From assembly GCA_965655095.1 (NCBI GenBank), contig OZ296659.1, positions 46,500,001 through 46,564,000 of the forward strand: DNA of 64,000 nucleotides, given 5' to 3'. Below, piece after piece: positions 25,301 through 36,040 of this stretch (positions within the stretch are counted from its first letter, which is position 1; every line of letters starts with the position of its first letter). The notes under the pieces were generated by a model. The model saw nothing but the letters and a program-made list of their open reading frames with translations, searched no databases and was not told the DNA's origin. The stretch comes from Haplodiscus bocki (taxonomy: Eukaryota). Position numbers and translations under genes: made by a program.

Positions 25301-28300
25301 TGTCTCTGCTTGAAAAAACTGCTAAGTTTCGTTTGATTGCGCCGTTTCTCCAAGGAGAGGAGAACAGCTGTGAAAAAGTAAGAGAATTGTCGGGAATCAA
25401 TCAGCAGTCTTTCACTTCTTTCAGACGGAACTTTAAGTCATCACGCAAACGGTCTTACCTACGCTAGGAAGAAAACATTAAGTAGAGGGAGCAATGTGCA
25501 AAAAACTTTTTAATGCTCGAACAGCTGCAGAAGAATGCTGGTCAACGTATGCAATACCTTGAAAGTTGGTAGAAAAAACAAACTGTTGAAACCAATTTTC
25601 GCCAAAACCTGGATATTGTGCAATTGAACCAGACATGACTCATAAACCATGTATTGTATTGAATAGCTAGCCGTGCCTCATAAACTAAATCAAATATCGA
25701 GCAGATCTCAAAAGCAAAGGAGTTCCAAGAAGTCATTGAGGGTTCCCGTTAGCTATGAAAAATGAAATCTTTAACCAAGAAATTGATACCTCCATTGATC
25801 CGTTGAATGTCCAGTGTCCGTCGAAGCAAGTCGTTTTTCCACAAAAGCAGGGATCAATATTGAATTCAGTTCTAATGCACAAAAAAGTAAGCCTTACCAG
25901 ATAATTCTCGCAGAAGTCGATGAAGTCTTCAAATCTTTGAAATTTAATTGCCAAAGAAATCGGATCTATTCTGTTGACTTCAATATGCCAAGAAAGGACT
26001 GGATCTTTGACTTCTCCATTAACCTATTCAAGAAAATATAACAAACAACCTACTGGGACTGAATTAGAAACTACTGACCAGTTTCAAAAGAACTGCAAGC
26101 TCGTGCTTGGATTTGGTTTTCATCGCTGGAAAATTAGTTCGAATATCGTAAACAAAAAGACTGGTTGAAAGAGTTAATAGAGCAGCTCCTAAGTTTGTTC
26201 AAAATTACCCGAGCAAAAAAAGCGGAAAATTTATGTTTCCACAGATAAGATAAAACTATTTCAATTACAAATATTAAAAAATCAAAGCCGACTTCAAAAT
26301 TATCCCGTTGCAATCCTGATGTTACAGCAAAAATGAAAAGAACGTTGAAAAGGGATGCGATTGGTTTTTTAAACAATAGCCAAGCAGGAACAGCTGAAAA
26401 AAACTCCGTAGGCAACAACTCCGTTCTTGGAATAGCGAAAAACAACTGTTGCCTTGGCCAAGCTAAGCAGGCTCCGATTAAAACATGTTTGAGCAGATAA
26501 AATTTCACGTGGCGTTTTATCACGCAACGTCAAATTGCTCAATGTTTCTTTGGGGAACGTCAAAACACAAACACCAGCATTGGATAATTCTCTGCTGAAA
26601 TACCCTCAGATACACATGGCGCTTTGTTACTTAACTTTTAGCCAATGAATAGCTACATTTTGAAGTCAATACTGTCTCTGATTAAGCATCTAGAAATTTT
26701 TTGCCGAACAGAGAAGCACAAATTTGTCCCAACTAACTGTCCATGTATGATTCTGTTTTTTTGCTCAATTTCTTTCGGTGTGTTTGACAATCCTTGCTAA
26801 AGAAGCCAATTTTAGGGTCTGCAGAGGTTCTTTGGCGTAGTTTTTAATTTTAAAAAACAGTGTATGAAGGATCAAAAGAAGCAAATTAAAAACTCTTCAC
26901 TTCCTTCTACTTTTTTTCCTTGTCTTTATGAATATTGACCTATAGTGGCACCGGTAAAAACAGAAACCTGCGTGATTTAATTGTTCAGAAACAAACCATA
27001 CGTTTAGTTTCGACGGTCTCTTTGTTGGAACTTTTTTCGAAAAGAAAGTATATGACAGGCTGAACGGATCACAATATTGAACCATTACCTGTTCTGTCTA
27101 CACTTTTTTTCTGTTGTTGTCCTTATGATTATCCATTTCAATTTACACCAGTAAAACTACACTACCGTAAAAACCTTTCAAAAGGTGTCATGTGAGAAGT
27201 TCTTCAGGCAAAAAAAAGTAACAATCTAAACGATCAGCGACTAACAAAGACGAAAGGAGGTTTGACTTTGTAGAATGTGTAGGTGTTGGAAGTAACAGAA
27301 CCGGCTGCAACTTTCAGTCCAAAACCTGGCTTCTGTGTTGCATACCATACATTTTCTTGGCCTGGCGTTCTTGTGAGGATCTTTGTGCCTACGACACTAA
27401 TGTTGTGGGCGGAAGCAGGTTATTCAAGCACTTGCAACAGTTTTTTGAACCAAACTCACACGAAAAGTACGCAAGGCCAGTTATTTTGAGATTTGCGGGA
27501 CGGGTTTAGTTTGACCGGAACCGAACACCCCAAAAGAATTTCTTGAAAAAACAGTTTTTCTTTTTGTGAACCTAATAAGAAAGGTCACCAGTGTATGCCA
27601 TTGTCTCTGCTTGAAAAAACTGCTAAGTTTCGTTTGATTGCGTCGTTTCTCCCAGGAGAGGAGAACAGCTGTCAAAAAGTAAGAGAATTGTCGGGAATCA
27701 ATCAGCAGTCTTTCACTTCTTTCAGACGGAACTTTAAGTCATCACGCAAACGGTCTTACCTACGCTAGGAAGAAAACATTAAGTAGAGGGAGCAATGTGC
27801 AAAAAACTTTTTAATGCGCGAACAGCTGCAGAAGAATGCTGGTCAACGTATGCAATACCTTGAAAGTTGGTAGAAAAAACAAACTGTTGACACCAATATT
27901 CGCGAAAACCTGGATATTGTGCAATTGAACCAGACATGACTCATAAACCATGTATTGTATTGAATAGCTAGCCGTGCCTCATAAACTAAATCAAATATCG
28001 AGCAGATCTCAAAAGCAAAGGAGTTCCAAGAAGTCATTGAGGGTTCCCGTTAGCTATGAAAAATGAAATCTTTAACCAGGAAAATGATACCTCCATTGAT
28101 CCGATGAAGGTCCAGTGTCCGTCGAAGCGTGTCGTTTTTCCACAAAAGCAAAGATTAAAATTAATTTCGATTTTAAAGTACATCAAAGTAGTCCTTACCA
28201 GTTAACTATCGGTGAAGTCGATGAAGTCTTCAACATTTTGCATTTGATTTGCCAAAGAAGTCGGATATTTTATGGCGGTTTCAAGGTGACAGGAAAGGAC

Positions 28301-31000
28301 TGGAATTTTCATTTTCCGACCAACTTTTACAGGGACAATGTTACAAACAATCCACTATGATTCAATTCAAAACAACTGACCAGTTTCCAAACAACTTCGA
28401 GCCCGTGCTTTGGTTTGGTCTTCATCACAAAAAAATACTTCGAAGTTCGTAAGGAGAAAGATAGTTTGGGCGAGATAGGAGATCAGCTCCTAAGTTTGTT
28501 CAAAGTTACCCGGGCAAAAAAATGGAAAATTTATGTTTCCACAGATAAGATAAAACTACTTCATATCCAAATATTAAAAAATCAAAGCCGAGTTCAAAAT
28601 TATACCGTCGCAATCCTGATGTTACAGCAAAAATGAAAAGAACGTTGAAAAGGGATGCGATTGGTTTTTTAAACACTAGCCAAGCAGGAACAGCTGAAAA
28701 AAACTCCGTAGGCAACAACTCCGTTCTTGGAATAGCGGAAAACATCTGTTGCCTTGGCCAAGCTAAGCAAGCTCCGATTAAAACATGCTTAAGAAGCTAA
28801 AAATTCACGTGGCGTTTTATCACTCAGTGTCAAATTGCTCAGTGTTTCCTCAGGGATCGTTGAAACACAAACACCAGCCTTGGATAATTCTCTGCTAAAA
28901 GACCCTCAGATACACATGGCGTTTTGTTACTCAACTTTTAACCAATGATGAGCTAACTTTCGAAGTCAACACTATGACTGATTAAACATTTGGAAATTTT
29001 TTGCCGAACAGAGAAGCAGAAATTTGTCCCAACTATTTGTCCAAGTATGACTCTGTTGATTTGCTCAAATTCCTATAGCTTGTTTGACAATCCTCGCTGA
29101 CGAAGCCAACTTTAGAGTCTGCAGAGTGTTTTTAGCATGACTTTTACTTTTTTAAAAAGCAAAGTATGAAAGGCTGAACATAGCAAAATAACAAATCTTA
29201 ACTTCTTTCTTTTGCTGACTTCATGGATAAATACTTTTAGTGCCACCAATAAAAACAAAAACCTGCTAGATCTAATTGTTCAGAAAGAAACCTTCTTCAA
29301 AAATTGAGCGTTTCTCTGTTGGAATACTTTCCAAAAACACAGTATATGACAGGCTGAACGGATCACAATATTGAACCATTACCTGTTCTGTCTACATTGT
29401 CTTCCTATTGTTGTCCTTATGATTATCCATTTCAATATACACCAGTAAAACTACACTATTGTAAAAAACTTTCAAAAGGTGTCATGTGAGATGTTCTTCA
29501 GGCAAACAAAAGTAACGATGTAAACGATCAGCGATTAACAAAGAAGAAAGGATGTTTCACTTTGTAGAATGTGTAGGTGTTAGAAGTAACAGAACCGGCT
29601 GCAACTTTCGGTCCAAAAATTGGCTTTTGGGTCGCACACCATACAGTTTTTTGGCCTGGCGTTCTTGTGAAGATCTTTGTGCCTACGAGACTAATGTTAT
29701 GGGCGGAAGCAGGTTATTCAAGCACTTGCAACAGTTTTTCGAAGCAAACGCACTCGAAAAGTACGCGAGGCCGGTTATTTTGAGATTTGCGGGACAGGTT
29801 AAGTTTGACCGGAAACGAACACCCGAAAAGAAATTTCTGAAAAAACAGTTTTTCTTTGTGTGAACCTAATAACAATGGTCACCATGTATGCCACCGTCTC
29901 TGCTGGCAAAAACTGCTAAGTTTCCTTTGATTGCCTTGTTTTTCCAGAGAGAGGAGAACAACTAACAAAAAGAAAGAGAAATGTTGGGAATCAAGCAGCA
30001 GCCTTTCGCTTGTTTGAGACGGAGCTGTAAGTCAACACGCAAACGGTCTTAGCTACTCTAGGAAGAAAAGGTTAAGTAGAGGGAGCAATGTGCAAATAAA
30101 ATTTGTAATGCGCGAACAGCTGCAGAAGAACGCTGCTCAACGTATGCAACACCTTGAAAGTTGGCAGAAAAGGCAAACTGTTGACAACAATAATCGTGAA
30201 AACTTGGATATTGTGCAATTGACCGAGACATGGCTCATAAACCATGTATTGAATAGCTAGCCGTGCCTCACAAACAAAAATCAAATATCGCGCAGATCTC
30301 AAAAGCAAAGGAATTCCAAGAAGTCATTGAAGATTCCCGATAGCTATGAAAAATGAAATCTTTAACCAAGAAATTGATACCTCCATTGATTCGTTGATTG
30401 TCCAGTGTCCGTCGGAGCGTGTCGTTTTTCCACAAAAGCAAAGATTAATATTAATTTCGTTTTTAAAGTACATCAAAGTAGTCCTTACCAGTTAACTGTC
30501 AGTGAAGTGGATGAGGTCTTCAACTTTTTGGAATTGATTTGCCAAAACAATCCAATCTTTTCTGGCAGTTTCAAGGTGCCTGGAAAGGACTGGAACATTC
30601 CTTTTTCGACCAACCTATACAAAGACAATAGTACAAACAACCTGCTACGACTGAAATCGAAACGACTGACCAGTTTCTAAATAACTGCGAGCTCGTGCTT
30701 GTTTTTGATCTTCACCACAAGTAAAAACTAGCTCAAAGAAAGTATACAGAATGACTGGTTTGACAAACTGTGAGAGCAGCTCCGAGTATGTTTCAAAATT
30801 GCCCGGACAGAAGTGAACTGGAAGGTTCCCACAAAAAGGAAGAAACTATTTTAATTCCAAAATACGAAAAACTCACGGCCGACCTCACCAATATAGGATT
30901 GCAATCATGATCTTACAGCAAAAATGAAAAACACCTCGAAACGGGATGCCATTGGTTAATTAAAACATACCCAAGCGGGAACATCTGAAATTACTGCGTG
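19330..31000 (+). repeat. Tandem array of ~2.3-kb units (four complete units plus two divergent partial edge units) derived from a LINE ORF1-end/APE region
   Basis: Anchor GGTCACCAGTGTATGCC recurs at 20679, 22980, 25282, 27583 and (variant) 29877; homologous ORFs at 21211/23512/25814/28115/30405. The unit carries APE motifs NLDIVQLTETWL (~30200), YRADL...SH..IAMK and VDFNMPRKDW. Confidence 0.95.
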
Positions 31001-33984
31001 GGAAATGACAATGAGAGCTTGGCAGAGCTTCAAAAATGTTACGGAATGCTTTAGCAGAGTCCTCTAATGAATATACACAGCTTCTTTCAAGTACAAGTAA
31101 AAAGAGCAGAATTTCTAGAAACGTGGCGAAGTTGAGCAGGGACAACGTTCTTGCGAACGTTGAAAACAAAGACTTCCAATAAGATGCGAAAACAGACGTT
31201 GAAAAGCCAAACTAATTACTGGATGCTTGGTTAAGTTTGTTACAAAGATCCCATAATTGAGATTTATGCCAATTCAAGTACACTATGTTGGAGCCACGAA
31301 AATCAGTATTGATGCACTCAATCTATTGAAACGATTGGTTATCCTATCAGTCTCAAAAGAAAAGGGCCCTGTTTTCTAACCCCAACATTGAAAAGAGAAA
31401 TCAAATCGAAAGTTCTGAAGTCTTTTGTCAGCTTTTACGCCAATAATAAAAGGCTGCGTAAAGTCTCTGAGCTTTGGGAATTTGAATTTTGAAATTTCTG
31501 AGGCAATCATCGATCAGACTTTCTGGCGCCGAACTTCACCAAACACCGCTAAGTCGTCTGTTTATACACATGAACAAGTGTAACAAGTTCTATTTTTTTT
31601 GGCTGCTTCATCACTTTTGGACCTTCCACCTTGTCACTGAAATGGCGACTAACCAAGATTTATGAGTTATGGAAAAGAACAATAACTTTGAAGCTAAGGT
31701 AGAAAGTAGATATACTAAAGTGTGTCAAGTACTCTGATTGTTGTGATGAAACTAAAAAAGTTTTCGGAGAAGCTTTTGATTTTGTCCTTTTAGAGACGTG
31801 GACCTGGCCAAATAAAATCAATAGCTTGTGACGTCTGTGATATCTGGAGTCTCACGGGATTCTCTGGACAAACTACAGTTGGGCAAATTGTAGGTCATAA
31901 CAAGGAAACTATGTGTATAATAATATTCTGTAATTCAAGTTTCTTAAAAGAAGTATGAGCGAAAGATTTTTGAATGTTCTACAGGACTTTATGAAAGATT
32001 TACTTCTAGACATGGTTTGTACTGTTATGATCAATAAGGGACTTGAAAAGTTTCTTCTCGATTTGGCGTTTGCAGAGTGATGTAAAATTTCTGACTTTTG
32101 AAGTCAAAACTTCATGTACGACTTAGCTTCTCAGTAACACAGTTGAATTTCTCCAAGATGGCAATGATCACAGTCTGACCTTTATGGAAAAATTTACTGC
32201 TTTACACTTGTAAAAAGAACCTTCACGATCGGATAAATAGCCTCAATTGACTTTTATATCAGGTATTTGCACTACCATACATTTGTAAAGGGACTAAAGG
32301 GCGCTCCAGAAACAAAAAACTCTGTCCTGAAGGAAATGCTCTATTTCGGTACAACCAATACGATATCATCCCTGAATGGCACCTCTAGGCTGCTTTGTGA
32401 ACATATCTACCCTGGTACAATATCGAATGTTGTTGGTGTTCACGAATTGGAGGACAATTTGAATCAAAATCAAAAAGAGTTACAACAAAGCCCCGGAACA
32501 AACCGTCAAAAAACACAGTTTAAACATTTCCAAGCTGTTTTTGATGGAATTACTGCTAATATTGGTGAACCCTGCACTTTCATAATGATGTTGCCTTAAG
32601 ATGGGGTAACCTAAAGTATGCTGCTCGAGAATGATTGAAAACAAACTGCTAGTCTGCAGAGCAAAACTAAAGCGGACAATCTGAAGTTTCAATTTCTTAG
32701 TGGTCTGTTGAGTGCTAGCTCTGAGAAGAAAATCTAAAGAAGTCTGATCTGCAAAGTTTTTTTTGCTGTTGATTTCGTCTTATTTACAGAATTGAACCAT
32801 GAGCTCTGATGACTTTCTCAATAGCCAATGTTTTCTGGATGATTATAGTTTCTATGATGCTTATTGATTTACTTCTTTGTTGGAGGCATGATTTATTTGT
32901 AGGTTGATGTCAAGTTTTGAACTGGTAAATGAATTCTGCAGCTATGATAAAGAATTCTTTGAGATAAAAATAGGCATTAGGCATTCAGAGTACGTATTTG
33001 TTTTGTAACGGCCACCTTTTCTTGGTTTGGAACTTTTTGTTAGTGACTTATCATTTAACTCAGAAACTCTAGTTCTGGTCAAAGTTGAATTTCATGGATA
33101 TTGCAATTCACACGCGAAAAACTCTCTGATTCATTTCGTGTGTTCTTTTTGAACGTAATTCGAGACAATTTGTGTCCTATCTTAACCACTCTTGTACTAA
33201 AAAACTTGAAGTTGTTGTTTCGGTTTGCTACATGACATAGAAATGTCTTTTTGGGAGCTCAATCCTATTTTCTACACGTAAGGATTACTTTATGTTCTAG
33301 TTTCACCAAAATTTCGTGACATCCAAGAAAAACTTTCAAGACGAGAATGTGGAAAATGTTGAAAGTAGTCGAGTGACAAATTTATTGTTAAGAATCGGAG
33401 TGCACATTTGTTGGGCTGCTATTTGTAGTCGGTACAAATACACATAGTGAAATGGGTTTTGTTTTCAGCTCAACCAACAAAACAAACGATTAACTTGTTC
33501 GAGAACAGAAAAAAAATACTCTTAACAGCGCTGTCCGTTCCTCGAAACCGACTTATTCACTGCAAAAAAAACTAGGCAGCAAATGAGGTGATGTCACCGA
33601 AACCATTCAATTGGCCGCAGTTTTCAACTGTACATGCAATATATAACGCAATGTTTTAGTTTGTTTAATCGTAATCAACCTCGATGTTTTAAACCAAAAA
33701 TCTGTGATATCTTCGCATCAAAACATTTTTCCAATTGCCAAATTGGTAATTTTTTTGTGCCGGAGGAGAGCGACACCTCTCACTCAACCAACCTCAAAAA
33801 ATCTCCTGCCTGAAATCTCTTGAACTTTTTCTCGAAAGACTAGATGATTTTAAAACATAGTCACAAGCCCAAGTTTGACATTTTGAGTGTTGATCCGCTC
33901 AAAGAGCATTATTTTCTAGAAATGATGACTATGAGTGATGCTGACGTCTACGTGACCCGTAATATAGGGCACATGATTGTCATT

Positions 33985-34184
33985 NNNNNNNNNNNNNNNN
34001 NNNNNNNNNNNNNNNNNNNNNNNNNNNNNNNNNNNNNNNNNNNNNNNNNNNNNNNNNNNNNNNNNNNNNNNNNNNNNNNNNNNNNNNNNNNNNNNNNNNN
34101 NNNNNNNNNNNNNNNNNNNNNNNNNNNNNNNNNNNNNNNNNNNNNNNNNNNNNNNNNNNNNNNNNNNNNNNNNNNNNNNNNNNN
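33985..34184. other. Assembly gap (200 N)
   Basis: Run of N. Confidence 1.
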
Positions 34185-34361
34185 AAAGGAAGTTCTCTCA
34201 AACTGCGATACCCTCACACAGAAGCCAAATATATCATTGAATGCATTGTTGTTATGCCTTATGGCCAAATTTCACGATTTCGATTTCAACAAAAGTCTTA
34301 GGATTGATCCTTGGTTGCACTGATCCTTGGTTGCACTGAATAAATAGTTTCAGTTATATAA

Positions 34362-34939
34362 TGATCTGCTGGGGAAGCTGTGGTGGTCCCCTTTGATTGA
34401 TCTTCACAAATTCAGAGGAAGTTGACTAGGAATTGGATTTTTCTCAACAGATGCTAAAGATCATTGCCGCCAGCTCCCTGCATCACTCCCTAAAGTCACT
34501 CCCACAAGCTGAATAAGACAAGTTTTCACAAATTATCTATTCTTTTCCTGGTTTAAATCTTGATCCGACCACCAACAATTTCGTTTACCCTTTTCTGACT
34601 TCTGCCCCGTTGAGAAATGTTCAGCTAATCCTCAGGCAGGATTTACTTGACAACACCTTTACCTCTCATTCGAAGAAGAGAGATATTCCTCAGACTGTTC
34701 CCCAACTTATCGAAACCCTCAAAAGTCACCAAAACCTTTTTTGTGTGGTAACTTGCCAACGTGACGGTGCCCCCTACATCTTCGAGGACCTTCTTAGAAA
34801 TTTGGCCTGTTACGTTATTGATGTCACAAAGCATATCATAAGCGTAACGGAACAACTCAACGATTCTATTATCGCTCAATATAACAATATAAACATCTTC
34901 ATAAACCTGCCGATCTTTAGCTTCGATCTCTGTCTGTAA
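34362..34939 (+). pseudogene. LINE upstream ORF0 (possible SGNH/esterase-like), disrupted
   Basis: MICWGSCGGPL* then MLKIIAASSLHHSL...IYSFPGLNLDP...LILRQDLLDNTF...CQRDGAPYIF; homologous to the ORF at 42388-42675. Confidence 0.5.
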
Positions 34940-35209
34940 TGCTTCACTACCAAACAAACATCAAACGATTCTTCAAAACTAGAGGAACGAAACGCAGGAA
35001 GACAAGTGACAGACGCGATGCAAAGAAGGCACTCGAGGCGAATCCCAAAACACCTTAAGTGGCGAATCTTGTTAGGTAGGTGTGCTTATTGAGACACTGG
35101 CTCTGAGGCCCTCCCAATAGGTTTCTCTGTACGTGTAAGTTTAGCCTTTCTGATATACCGTCTTTGAAAGGTGTGCTTATTGAGTCTCTGGCTCTGAGCC
35201 CCATCAAAA

Positions 35210-36040
35210 ATGAGTGATCCCTGGAATAGGATTGCATCTGATAACAACTGTTACCCTACCGTTGCTGAACTCCTGAACTCACCCAACAGTGACCTAACCA
35301 GTTTTCTTTCTATGGCTAAAAAGGCTACTTTGGAATGTTTACTACGTGAAACTTTGTCGCAACTGAACGATACCAAGAAACAAAATGAGCAATTGATAAC
35401 GTGCTTGGATGAAAACAAACGCTGCCTCCAACAACTTCAAAACTCCGTAACTGAAATCGGCAAAACTTCTCCGAAAATTACCTGAGACATCTGAACCTGC
35501 AGTCTGGGCTGACGTAGTGAAGAAGTCCCTTGATGAAAGAGATTATGACAAAGCGGCATCAGAAATCGTTGTGTTTTGCAATGTTGCTGATTATCCGATG
35601 ACATTCCAATTACTCAACAACTGGATCCCTTTTTGCAAACGCCCGAAATTCCTTCTTCTATAGTTAAATGTGCCAAAAGGCTTGGTGAACGCAAAGCTGG
35701 TAAAAAAACCGTCCTCTGTGCCCTCTAATCTTCGTCCCATTGAAGCCTGTTTTAACTCAGTTTTCGATAAGCGTCTCCTCGTGAGCAATGAATCCAAGTT
35801 GAAAAGTACCGCAGTCTTCGTGAAACCAAAACTGTTTTGGAAGGACCGTCTTATTGAGAAAGAGCTTCTTCATGCAAGATTTGAAATGGTAAAAAAAGTG
35901 CTGATCGTTCACTCTTCCGGATCAGAGACGTCAAATTATTCTACAATGCTTCTCTTGTCGATGTTTCTGACATTGACGAGTTCATGAGGACAATTAACAC
36001 AATCTCTGATAACTTAATTCTTAAATCTGGTCCTGAATGA
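35210..36040 (+). pseudogene. LINE ORF1 (coiled coil plus C-terminal RNA-binding region), frameshifted
   Basis: Coiled-coil-like LSQLNDTKKQNEQL; C-terminal EKELLHARFEMV...DRSLFRIRDVKLFYN matches ORF1 of the minus-strand LINE (REKLRIRNLKL); this frame ends at TGA 36038-36040. Confidence 0.7.

Noticed and set aside
20538-30680. Recurrent short ORFs in the tandem array read as a gene cluster
   Set aside because: They recur only because the DNA is duplicated; the meaningful frames are broken LINE ORF1 and APE
32267-32599. Possible SGNH-like or ORF1-like fragment
   Set aside because: Motifs too degenerate to support by eye
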